A stretch of 64,000 bases of DNA from Pedobacter sp. GTDB taxonomy: Bacteria > Desulfobacterota > Desulfuromonadia > Desulfuromonadales > Syntrophotaleaceae. The notes below the pieces were generated by a model. The model had not been told where the DNA came from. It ran no database searches and worked only from the letters and a program-made list of their open reading frames with translations. Both the position numbers and the translations under genes were made by a program. The stretch is taken from NCBI GenBank assembly GCA_050253415.1, contig JBFWJC010000001.1:1032679-1096678 (forward strand), given 5' to 3'. Shown here piece after piece: positions 48,359-57,771 of this stretch. Within the stretch, counting starts at the first letter, position 1. Every line of letters begins with the position of its first letter.

Positions 48359-48727
48359 TCGATAATCGGTATGCAACGGTTTGATGATGATTGAACGCAG
48401 TTACCTTGTTTGAACAGTGGGTCCCCCTGTCCAGCTATGTTGCCGCACCTTCGGGTTGCGGTTTTTTTTGTCTTCGGGGCATACGACGTCATACGCGCAT
48501 CGTGACTACAGGAAGGCATTGTAAAACAATTTGATAATACATCGCTTTGCGTGACAACGAGTGAAAATTGGTTTATAAAGTGGTGCGGACTTTGCAGAAT
48601 AAAAATTAATCGCCCTATTTTAATCGGGCCTTGTCTTTTCTTTAGCCGTAACGTATTTGTGGTGAAATTGAAGTTTGCTTTATTGGCTTTATTTAAATTG
48701 TAAATCACAGGTTCCGGGAGTGGTCGC

Positions 48728-51553
48728 ATGATCTGCCGCAAGGCTCTGTTTTTTGTCTGTGTATTATTTCTGCTTTTGCCAGGTCTCAGTCGGGCGGAGG
48801 ATCTCAAGGTTTTGATTCTTCATTCCTACCACGCCGGGTTTGTCTGGACTGAGGATCAGCAGGAGGGGTTTTTTGAAGCTCTTGGTGCCAGTACCGTTGC
48901 AGAGAAGATATCCTATCGTGTCGAATACCTGGAAGCCAATACCCGGGAATGCGATTCTGCCTATCTTCAACACTTTAATGCCTACCTTCAACAAAAATAT
49001 ACACATTATACGCCCGATCTGATTTACGCTACGGACAACAATGCGATTGAATTTCTTCAGCAATATGCCCGTCATCTGTTTCCTCATACCCCTGTTATAT
49101 ACAGCGGCCTGAATGACATGGGATTGGACAGCCGTCTGAACCATGAGGCGTTTTACGGTATTTTCGATTCAATGGATATAGCAGGTACTGTGGCTCTTGC
49201 CATACGCTTGGTACCGCAATTGCGAACCTTGTATTTTGTCGGTGATGACTCTGCGACCGCGCGCGGCATCAGGGGATTAATCGAAAAGGAAACTCAGAAA
49301 TTCTTCCCGCAAGTGGACATCGCTTTTATTCAGAGTCCTTACGTGGAGGAACTTGAATCGCAGCTAAGCAGTTACCAGCCTAAATTGTGGGTTGTTAATT
49401 CTTTAGCTGAGATTCGCAATGCGCGTGGTGACCGGTTGACAATCGCTGAAACTCTCGAGCGTCTGGAGCATGCTGGAGAGTTCATTATTTTGGCCATGAA
49501 AGACAATTATTTGACGTCCGGCGTACTTGGGGGGGCGGTCAATCGTGGGCGTGAGCAAGGTCTGCAAGCGGGGTACCTGGCTCGGGAGCAGCTGCTTAAC
49601 GAAACAGTCAGCGCCAACGACAACCTGTTGGAGCGGGCGTCAAACCCCTACCTGTTCCAATCTGAGGCGATGGACCGCTTTGGACTGAAGCCGACAGACC
49701 TTCCTCCTGGAAGCCGGTTCTTGCCTCCACCTCAGTCGTTGTGGCTGCGGCACAGTTCTTTGATCATGGCTTTTGTCGGATTCGCATGTTTGCAATTGGT
49801 CGGGATGTGGCTGTTCCGGCGCACAATTACCGGTCTGCGCTCGGGACAAAAAAAGTTACTTCTAAAAGAAGCGCAATTCAAAACAGTCATTGACGCAACC
49901 CATGATGCTGTCATTGCCATTAATCAACGAGGCATTGTTACTCTCTTTAATCCGGCTGCGGAGGCATTGTTTGGCTGGGATTGCGACGAAATGCTCGGTG
50001 GCACTCTGGATGTGCTGATGCCCGAGGGCTATCGCATGCAGCATCGGCAGGATGTCGCCAGCTTTTTCGGTACCGGTGAGCCGTCTGAAGCGATCGGCCG
50101 ATCTCTCGAATTGTTGGCTGTTCACCGCTCAGGCAGGGAGTTTCCAGTCGAATTGGGATTGTCCGTGGGGCATTGCGGTCAGCAACGTTTTGTTCTCGCT
50201 ATTTTGCGTGATATCTCCAGTCAGCGTCAGGTTGAACGGGAAATCAAACAGTTGGCTTATTATGACAGCTTGACCGGTCTGCCCAATAGGGCTCTATTGG
50301 AAGATCGCTGCCGTCGTGTTTTGAGTACTGCCGAGCGTTCCGGGCGCATGGCGGCATTGTTATTTATTGGCGTGGACAACCTTAAATCCATTAATGATAC
50401 GCGCGGACATGCCTGTGGAGACCGGGTGCTCAAACTCATCGGGCAGCGGTTGGTCGCCCTGGTGAAGGATGGGATGACTGTCGTCAGGTGGGATGGTGAT
50501 AAATTTATCGTTCTGCTCCCGGGACTGCACAGTGCCAGTGAGGTTGACAACGTTGCCAAAGATATTCTTCAGGCTTTTTCCGAGCCCTGCGAAGTGGATG
50601 ACCAGCACTTTTTTGTAACAGCGAGTATTGGCGGGGCTGTCTATCCTCAGCATGGCTTGGATGGCGATAAACTGCTTAAACATGCCGATATGGCCATGTA
50701 TGCCGCCAAGGAGCAGGGGCGAAACACTTATTGTACGTTTACTGAGGAGATGAATCGCAAGGTTCAGGAACGCAGTGAGCTCGAACATAGCTTGAGGCAG
50801 GCGCTTGCGCGTGAAGAGTTTTTCTTGGCTTTTCAGCCCCAGGTTGACCAGACTACGGGTAAAGTTCTGGGCTCCGAGGCTTTGCTGCGTTGGCGTCACG
50901 CTGATAAGGGGATGATTTCGCCAGGACAATTCATTCCGGTGGCAGAGGACAGTGGTTTGATACTCCCTATCGGGCATTGGGTGCTGCATACAGCATGCGC
51001 GCAGAATAAGGCCTGGCAGCAGGCCGGCTATCCGCCGATGCGTGTTGCCGTCAATTTGTCTGCCCGTCAGTTCCAGCAACCTGACTTTTACGACCAGGTG
51101 GCCCAGGTGTTGCGTGATACGGAGCTGGATCCACGGTATCTTGAGCTGGAACTGACAGAAAGTTTGCTTATGGCGGATGCGGATGCGGCGGTAGAAACCC
51201 TCCGTGCACTGCGTGACCTGGGTGTGGGAATCGCCATCGACGATTTTGGTACCGGTTATTCTTCCTTGAGCTATCTGAAGACCTTTCCCATCGACCGTAT
51301 CAAGATTGCACAGGAATTTGTGTTGGATATCGGACGAGATCCCGAGGATGCCGCCATCGTCGAGACCATTATCGCCATGGCGCATGGTCTGGGTCTCGAT
51401 ATCGTGGCTGAAGGGGTTGAAACGGCCGCCCAACTTGAATTTTTACGTGCCCGAAAGTGTCAGGTTATGCAGGGCTATTATTTTGGACACCCGATGCCGG
51501 CCGAAAACTTTATTGAGTATCTTTCCGAGAACTTTGTCGCTATCAACTCGTAG
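48728..51553 (+). CDS. Periplasmic-sensor PAS-GGDEF(degenerate)-EAL phosphodiesterase
   Basis: Signal peptide, ABC-substrate-binding-like domain (ILHSYH), TM, PAS, DGDKF in place of GGDEF, then intact EAL, DDFGTGYSS and EGVE. Confidence 0.88.
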   Translation: MICRKALFFVCVLFLLLPGLSRAEDLKVLILHSYHAGFVWTEDQQEGFFEALGASTVAEKISYRVEYLEANTRECDSAYLQHFNAYLQQKYTHYTPDLIYATDNNAIEFLQQYARHLFPHTPVIYSGLNDMGLDSRLNHEAFYGIFDSMDIAGTVALAIRLVPQLRTLYFVGDDSATARGIRGLIEKETQKFFPQVDIAFIQSPYVEELESQLSSYQPKLWVVNSLAEIRNARGDRLTIAETLERLEHAGEFIILAMKDNYLTSGVLGGAVNRGREQGLQAGYLAREQLLNETVSANDNLLERASNPYLFQSEAMDRFGLKPTDLPPGSRFLPPPQSLWLRHSSLIMAFVGFACLQLVGMWLFRRTITGLRSGQKKLLLKEAQFKTVIDATHDAVIAINQRGIVTLFNPAAEALFGWDCDEMLGGTLDVLMPEGYRMQHRQDVASFFGTGEPSEAIGRSLELLAVHRSGREFPVELGLSVGHCGQQRFVLAILRDISSQRQVEREIKQLAYYDSLTGLPNRALLEDRCRRVLSTAERSGRMAALLFIGVDNLKSINDTRGHACGDRVLKLIGQRLVALVKDGMTVVRWDGDKFIVLLPGLHSASEVDNVAKDILQAFSEPCEVDDQHFFVTASIGGAVYPQHGLDGDKLLKHADMAMYAAKEQGRNTYCTFTEEMNRKVQERSELEHSLRQALAREEFFLAFQPQVDQTTGKVLGSEALLRWRHADKGMISPGQFIPVAEDSGLILPIGHWVLHTACAQNKAWQQAGYPPMRVAVNLSARQFQQPDFYDQVAQVLRDTELDPRYLELELTESLLMADADAAVETLRALRDLGVGIAIDDFGTGYSSLSYLKTFPIDRIKIAQEFVLDIGRDPEDAAIVETIIAMAHGLGLDIVAEGVETAAQLEFLRARKCQVMQGYYFGHPMPAENFIEYLSENFVAINS

Positions 51554-51628
51554 CATTTAAGTAATTATGATCCGATGCTTCTATTGCCTGGCGGGTCGTT
51601 GTACTGAATTTATGGCCAGGTCAGCGAG

Positions 51629-52456
51629 TTAGTCGCCTTTCAGGGATTTGAGCAGGCGGCATTCCTCCTCTTTGTAGGTTGTCAGTCGATCGGCCAGCAG
51701 GTCAAAGTCAACCTGGTGGCCATCGAACTCGGGGCCATCCACGCAGGCGAACTTCATTTCTTTGTTTACCATTACGCGGCAACCGCCGCACATGCCCGTA
51801 CCATCGATCATGATAGGATTAAGGCTGACAGTGGTGCGTACGGCAAAAGGTCGGGTCATTTCAACAACGGCTCTCATCATGGGGACCGGCCCGGCGGCAA
51901 AAACCGCCTGAGGTCTGAGCGCCTCATCGTGCAGCAGGGTGGAAAGGACATTTGTGACAAATCCTTTTTGTCCAAGGCTGCCATCTTCGGTGGTTATGAG
52001 AACCTGATGACAGAATACATCCAGTTCATCAGCCAGGATGATCAGCTGTGCCGTGCGTCCGCCAATTAATGCAGTGACCTGATTTCCTGCCTTTGCCAGG
52101 GCCTTGGCCATTGGGTAGAGGACGGCGGTTCCCACGCCACCGCCGATGCAGGTCACTTTGCCCCAGTTTTCGATGTGAGTAGGATGCCCCAGAGGGCCGG
52201 CGATATCCCTGACGTAAGAGTCTGTGGACATGCTGACCAGTTGATGGGTGGAATAACCTACCGCCTGAACGAAAAGGGTGATAGTGCCCTGGGGCGGATC
52301 AGCATCGGCAATGGTGAGCGGAATGCGCTCGGCTTGCTCATCGGCATGCACGATGACGAATTGTCCGGGTTGGCGGTGGCGTGCAATGCGCGGCGCCAAA
52401 ATCGTCATGCGGTGCAGGTTGGGCGCAATGCGGATGTTCTCCAGAATTTTGAACAT
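51629..52456 (-). CDS. nfnA: NfnA/SudB-like FAD/NAD- and [2Fe-2S]-binding subunit
   Basis: PGQFVI, ERIPLTIAD, GGGVG, GPVPMM, SLNPIMIDGTGMCGGCRV, CVDGPEFDGHQVDF. Confidence 0.85.
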   Translation of the reverse strand: MFKILENIRIAPNLHRMTILAPRIARHRQPGQFVIVHADEQAERIPLTIADADPPQGTITLFVQAVGYSTHQLVSMSTDSYVRDIAGPLGHPTHIENWGKVTCIGGGVGTAVLYPMAKALAKAGNQVTALIGGRTAQLIILADELDVFCHQVLITTEDGSLGQKGFVTNVLSTLLHDEALRPQAVFAAGPVPMMRAVVEMTRPFAVRTTVSLNPIMIDGTGMCGGCRVMVNKEMKFACVDGPEFDGHQVDFDLLADRLTTYKEEECRLLKSLKGD

Positions 52457-52645
52457 GGGTTCCTCTTCTCCCCAATATCCTCGTTTGTTTCAGTATAGCA
52501 TTGCTCAGAAAAAATCCGGCGCATGGTTGCTGCCGTGAGCCTGTGGCTGGATGGATTCCCTAATTTTGAGGTGACTGGACAAAATACAGCGGTGCGCTAT
52601 GTTTGAGATGTTATCCCTCAAACTATTTAACAAGGAGGTTACCGA

Positions 52646-52819
52646 ATGGGAACGCACTTTATCACCGAAGATTGTATTAATTGCGGAGCCTGTGTGGATG
52701 TGTGCCCGGTGGATGCTATCAGCGAAAAGGGCGAATTACACGTTGTGGATCAGCCCACTTGTACTGACTGCGGCGCATGCGATGAAGTCTGTCCGGTTGA
52801 TGCAATAAAGTGGGATTGA
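52646..52819 (+). CDS. 2[4Fe-4S] ferredoxin (57 aa; not in the ORF track)
   Basis: AAGGAGG RBS. MGTHFITEDCINCGACVDVCPVDAI...CTDCGACDEVCPVDAIKWD has two CxxCxxCxxxCP motifs. Confidence 0.93.
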   Translation: MGTHFITEDCINCGACVDVCPVDAISEKGELHVVDQPTCTDCGACDEVCPVDAIKWD

Positions 52820-52872
52820 TAGGCGCTATTTTAGGATAATGCCTGAGTAGTCGTTGACAGACTGGTTATGCC

Positions 52873-52907
52873 GTGCCCCTAGTGTTTTTGCTAAGGGGCA
52901 CTTTTTT
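52873..52907 (+). terminator. Terminator after the ferredoxin gene
   Basis: GTGCCCCT...AGGGGCAC followed by T6. Confidence 0.75.
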
Positions 52908-52930
52908 ATGTGAATGGATGTGTTGGAGAG

Positions 52931-54082
52931 TTATTTGTTCATAAAACGGCGCAGGCGTAAAAGTGCCTCCTGGATGTTGGCCATGGAATTGGCATAGGAA
53001 AAACGCAGGTAGCCTTCGCTGCCTTCACCGAAATCAATGCCGGGGGTCAGAGCTACGCCGGTTTGTTCCAGAATGTCCAGAGCCAGGGCCCGCGAGTCGC
53101 TTCCGAGGTGTCTGGCATCTGCCAGGACGTAAAAGGCGCCGGTGGGGCAACTATGCAACGGCAGGCCGAGTTTGGGGAGTTCCCCAATCAGGTAGCGGCG
53201 GCGCTCATCATATATGTTGCGCATGTGTTTGACGTCTTCCTGGCATTCGCGCAACGCGGTGATACCTGCGACCTGGACAAAATTCGCTGCACAGATCAAA
53301 AAATTCTGATGCAGACATTGAAGGGTGCGAATGCAGCTCGGTGGGACGATCAGGTAGCCGAGTCGCCACCCGGTCATGGCGTAGGCTTTGGAAAATCCGC
53401 CCAGGACAAAAGCATCGGGGGTAAATTCGAGGGCACTGCGTTCTTCGCCTTCGTAAGTCAATCCGTGATAAATTTCATCGGAGATCAGGGGGACGGACAT
53501 CTTGGCCATTTCGGCCATCCACTCGACGGGCAAGACGGAGCCGGTGGGGTTGGACGGTGAGTTGATAAGAATGCCGCGTGTGCGGGGACTCAGTTTTTCT
53601 CGTATATGCTCGGGGCGCGGTTGAAAGCCATCTTCAGCCCTGGTTCGTAAAAAAACCGGGGTCCCACCAGCGAAACGGATAAAATTAGGATAACAGGCAT
53701 ACCCTGGGTCGGTCAGGATAATCTCGTCGCCTTCACACAGCAGGGCGGAAAATAATAGCAGCATCAACGGGCTGGTCCCGGCCGAAACCAGGATGCGAGA
53801 CGGTTCGACGGTGACGCCGTAACGTTGCAGGTAATGGGCGGCAATGGCTTGGCGAATTTCGGGAAGTCCCAGTGAGTGGGTGTAGGTGGTGCTCCCTGCT
53901 TCGATAGCGCGGATTGCTGCGTCGCTGATCGGTTTGGGTGTGGGCAAGTCTGGTTCGCCAAGACACAGGTAGATAATGTCCCGGCCTGCAGCCTCCAGTT
54001 CTTTGGCGCGTTCCATGATTTCCATGGCCAGAAACGGTTTAACCTCGAGGGCGCGGCGGGATAATTCAATCTTCATGTTCAA
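52931..54082 (-). CDS. Class I/II PLP aminotransferase (aspartate aminotransferase-like)
   Basis: GEPD, NSPSNPTG, SDEIY, GFSKAYAMTGWRLG, YLRFSYA. Confidence 0.92.
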   Translation of the reverse strand: MNMKIELSRRALEVKPFLAMEIMERAKELEAAGRDIIYLCLGEPDLPTPKPISDAAIRAIEAGSTTYTHSLGLPEIRQAIAAHYLQRYGVTVEPSRILVSAGTSPLMLLLFSALLCEGDEIILTDPGYACYPNFIRFAGGTPVFLRTRAEDGFQPRPEHIREKLSPRTRGILINSPSNPTGSVLPVEWMAEMAKMSVPLISDEIYHGLTYEGEERSALEFTPDAFVLGGFSKAYAMTGWRLGYLIVPPSCIRTLQCLHQNFLICAANFVQVAGITALRECQEDVKHMRNIYDERRRYLIGELPKLGLPLHSCPTGAFYVLADARHLGSDSRALALDILEQTGVALTPGIDFGEGSEGYLRFSYANSMANIQEALLRLRRFMNK

Positions 54083-54100
54083 AAACTCTCTTGATTTTGT

Positions 54101-55585
54101 TCAGGGTGCTTTGTTGGCTGCAACCGCGCGCTTGAAAGCCCATGCCTCTATCTTTTTGATCTGTTCGGCCATGGTGATTGATAAGGGTACTGTGCGGCCA
54201 ATCGCTTCCATGAGGTCCTGTTGTCGCATGGGGCGATCCGTTGCCATGGCTTCAAACGAGGCGCTGGCAACGGTTTGCTCTATTTCGGCACCGGAAAACC
54301 CCTTTGCCGAATGTGCCAGCATGCTCAGGGAAAAGGTGTCCATGGGTTGATCGTATTTTTCCAGGTGGATGCGGAAAATTTCCTCCCGCTCTTCAATGGA
54401 AGGCAGGGCTACGTAAAAAACTTCGTCAAAGCGGCCTTTGCGTAAGATTTCTGCCGGCAACATTTCGATGGCGTTGGCGGTGGCTGCAACAAATACCGGA
54501 TATTGCTTTTCCTGCATCCATGTCAAAAAATAAGAGAGTACCCGAGATGCGGGGCCGCCTTCGGATTTAAAGCCCTGATTGGAAATGCCCGCTTCAATTT
54601 CATCGATCCAGAGTACGCATGGAGATAAGGCTTCGGCGGTTCTGCATGCCTGGTGCAAAGTGCTTTCCGGAGAGCCGAAGGTTCCGCCATATATGGTAGC
54701 CATGTCCAATCGTACCAGTGGCAGGTGCCAGCGGGCGGCTATGGCTTTGACGAAAAGACTTTTTCCGCATCCGCTGATGCCCATGATAAGGACGCCTTTA
54801 GGTAAATTCCGGCCCTCGGCAAGAGTATCGCAGCCGAAGACCTTTTCCCGCTTAGAAAGCCATTGTTTAAGGTTTTCCATGCCGCCGACCAGGGTGGAGG
54901 CTTCCGGAGTGTCAACGATCTCCATGATGCCGCTCTTGCGCAGGAGTTGTTTTTTGTCGAGAAACAGGGCGTCGGTTAGGTCCGCCAGTGTGGTACTCTT
55001 GGCCACGCGGGTAAGGCGCAATGCGCTCTCGATATTATAAAAATCGAGACCTTGCGCTGCGGTTATAAGGCGATTGAGGTCATCGTCGCAGGTCACCATT
55101 TGCTGTAATAGCGGATCGCGTTGGCAGCGATTTTCAATATATGCTCGTAGTTCGAATCGGTCCGGAAGCGGGTGCTCAAAAACCTGTGCCTGACGCTGAA
55201 GCATCGGGGGCAGGGCTGTAGAGGGGCCTAGTATGATTAATGTTTTCTGGTGTGTTTGGCGCTGTCCGACAAAGTCGGACAAGGTTCTCTGCAGGTAGGG
55301 ATTGTCATGCCAGAACCAGTTGAGATCCTTGAAAATGAAGACCCCTCGGTATTCTTGGCCAAGAGCCCAGCGCAGACCGGAAAGTGGTTCAACGCTGCCC
55401 TCAACATTGGAAAATCCGGTTGTGCAAGACCATGTCTGCGGCACCGCGATGTTTTTCAGACCGCGTTCCATGGTGCGAGTGATAAAGCTCTCGGTACGGG
55501 TTTCATTGTCGGTTGCCAGATATATAAGCGGGGTTCCGGCTGCAATCAGGCGAAGAAGGTGGTTGGCGGTGATGCGTTCCTGCAT
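54101..55585 (-). CDS. Ycf46-like AAA+ ATPase
   Basis: [10 protein letters not shown], Walker [49 protein letters not shown] before ATG 55585. Confidence 0.88.
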   Translation of the reverse strand: MQERITANHLLRLIAAGTPLIYLATDNETRTESFITRTMERGLKNIAVPQTWSCTTGFSNVEGSVEPLSGLRWALGQEYRGVFIFKDLNWFWHDNPYLQRTLSDFVGQRQTHQKTLIILGPSTALPPMLQRQAQVFEHPLPDRFELRAYIENRCQRDPLLQQMVTCDDDLNRLITAAQGLDFYNIESALRLTRVAKSTTLADLTDALFLDKKQLLRKSGIMEIVDTPEASTLVGGMENLKQWLSKREKVFGCDTLAEGRNLPKGVLIMGISGCGKSLFVKAIAARWHLPLVRLDMATIYGGTFGSPESTLHQACRTAEALSPCVLWIDEIEAGISNQGFKSEGGPASRVLSYFLTWMQEKQYPVFVAATANAIEMLPAEILRKGRFDEVFYVALPSIEEREEIFRIHLEKYDQPMDTFSLSMLAHSAKGFSGAEIEQTVASASFEAMATDRPMRQQDLMEAIGRTVPLSITMAEQIKKIEAWAFKRAVAANKAP

Positions 55586-55986
55586 AACGCGCTCCTTATA
55601 AGTGGGGCACAAATCCAATAAAGACAGACTCTGCAGCTTAAACCAATCATTGGTAAATGTCTATGCTGCGCTGGACGTGTGCTGGGCAACAGGGCCGGTC
55701 GGAGTTTCCTTGCATTATCCACAGAAATAGGCTAGTTTTCCTGCGGATACGTCACCTTGTGGTCCGTTGCTGCCGGCATGGGCGCTTGCTGCCAGGTTGG
55801 GTGGTTTATGGCTGCTTGGTAGGCCTGTTTCAGGAAAATGTCTCTATTTAATAATTGTCTACGAGTGTTTGTGTCGACGCGATGGGCTGCCTCGCGGGGG
55901 CGCAGGTCTCGGTTCTCTTAATCTTCCGGCAGAGCGGTCGTTCTGGTTTGTGGTGGCCGAATTTCGCCAATGTCGAGGTTTGTCAT

Positions 55987-57717
55987 ATGCGTTACACGGA
56001 ATATTTGCTTCCTACTCTTAAAGAAACCCCCTCGGATGCGGAAGTCGTCAGTCACCAGCTGATGCTGCGGGCCGGGATGATTCGTAAACTTGCTGCCGGC
56101 ATCTATAATTACTTGCCTTTGGGACTGCGTTCCATCCGCAAGGTCGAGAAAATTATTCGTGAAGAGATGGACCGGGCCGGTGCTATAGAGCTACTCATGC
56201 CGATGGTTGTACCTGCCGAATTGTGGGAAGAATCGGGTCGTTGGGATCATTATGGAAAAGAGCTTCTGCGTTTTAGTGATCGTAAGGATTCCCCTTTTTG
56301 TCTTGGCCCCACCCATGAGGAAGTAATCACCGATCTGGTTCGCAATACCGTACGTTCTTACCGGCAGTTGCCTCTCAATCTGTATCAGATTCAAGGTAAG
56401 TTTCGTGATGAAATCCGCCCCCGTTTTGGTTTGATGCGCGGGCGTGAATTTATTATGAAAGATGCTTACTCTTTCGATCTCGACGAGGCTGGAGCTGATG
56501 TGGCTTATGAGAAAATGTATCAAGCCTACCGGCGTATTTTTGAACGATGTGGTCTGAAGTTCAGGGCCGTAGAGGCCGATACGGGAAATATCGGAGGGTC
56601 TTCTTCGCATGAATTTATGGTCCTTGCCGCCTCTGGCGAGGATGCCATCGTTTCTTGCGGGCAATGTGAATATGCCGCCAATATCGAGAAGGCCGAGGTG
56701 GCTCTTGCGGAAAACAGTACCCCCGAGCCTGCCGCTGAATTGGTCAAGGTTTCGACCCCCGGCTGCAAAAGTATTCATGATGTCGCTGCATTTCTGGATA
56801 CTAAGCCTGAGTGCGTGGTCAAGACGTTGATTGTTCAGACCGATGCCGGAGAAACGTTGGCGGTGCTGCTTCAAGGCAGTCACGAGCTCAACGATATAAA
56901 GCTGTGTCGGTTCCTCGGTTGCAATGAGGTGACTTTGGCAACGGATGAAGTGGTGAACAAGGTAGCGGGAGTCCTGCCAGGGTATGTCGGTCCTATAGGG
57001 CTGTCGTTGCGGGTCATCGCAGATTATGCGGTTCAGGGCATGTCGGATTTTGCCGTTGGTGCCAACGAGTCTGGTGCTCATTGTGTTGGTGTCAATCTTG
57101 GCCGGGACTTTAATGTCGAATGTTTTGCCGATTTGCGTTCTGCTGAAGCGGGGGATACCTGTCCACGTTGTGGTGGTGTGCTCGAAATCTGGCGGGGTAT
57201 CGAGGTCGGACATGTATTTAAGCTCGGGACCAAATATTCCTCGGCCTTGGGTGCAACCGTGCTGGACGCCAATGGTCAGGATCGTGAGTTGTTCATGGGC
57301 TGTTACGGAATCGGCGTAGGACGGACCGTGGCCGCAGCTATTGAGCAGAATCACGACGAAAATGGAATTGTCTTTCCGCTGCCGATTGCGCCATTTCATG
57401 TGATGGTGACGGTGGTCAATCCGCGGGAGGAAGATGTGCTGGCTGCGGCTGAAAAAATCTATGCTGAATTGCAGGAGCTTGGCGTGGAGGTCTTGCTGGA
57501 TGATCGCGACGAACGTCCCGGCAGCAAGTTTAAAGACGCCGACCTTATTGGTATTCCGCTGCGTCTTACCGTGGGCGCTCGCGGATTAAAGGAAAACGCT
57601 GTAGAGTTGCAGGAGCGAGCCGTCGGGGAACGCCGTATGATTCCTCTTGCGGATGTGTCGGCTCTGGTTAGGGATATGGTCGTGGCAGCCTGCGGTGGTA
57701 GGGGGGCTGATCGCTGA
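55987..57717 (+). CDS. proS: Proline--tRNA ligase (with INS editing domain)
   Basis: PTHEE, RDEIRPRFGLMRGREF, IEVGHVFKLGTKYS, MGCYGIGVGR. Confidence 0.97.
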   Translation: MRYTEYLLPTLKETPSDAEVVSHQLMLRAGMIRKLAAGIYNYLPLGLRSIRKVEKIIREEMDRAGAIELLMPMVVPAELWEESGRWDHYGKELLRFSDRKDSPFCLGPTHEEVITDLVRNTVRSYRQLPLNLYQIQGKFRDEIRPRFGLMRGREFIMKDAYSFDLDEAGADVAYEKMYQAYRRIFERCGLKFRAVEADTGNIGGSSSHEFMVLAASGEDAIVSCGQCEYAANIEKAEVALAENSTPEPAAELVKVSTPGCKSIHDVAAFLDTKPECVVKTLIVQTDAGETLAVLLQGSHELNDIKLCRFLGCNEVTLATDEVVNKVAGVLPGYVGPIGLSLRVIADYAVQGMSDFAVGANESGAHCVGVNLGRDFNVECFADLRSAEAGDTCPRCGGVLEIWRGIEVGHVFKLGTKYSSALGATVLDANGQDRELFMGCYGIGVGRTVAAAIEQNHDENGIVFPLPIAPFHVMVTVVNPREEDVLAAAEKIYAELQELGVEVLLDDRDERPGSKFKDADLIGIPLRLTVGARGLKENAVELQERAVGERRMIPLADVSALVRDMVVAACGGRGADR

Positions 57718-57771
57718 ATACTCAAGCGAGATTTCGATAATGGTTGGATACTGTGAAACACAGGAAGAGGT

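Noticed and set aside
55620..55986. T-box riboswitch in the proS leader
   Set aside because: No GGTGGNACC T-box sequence and no terminator/antiterminator seen.
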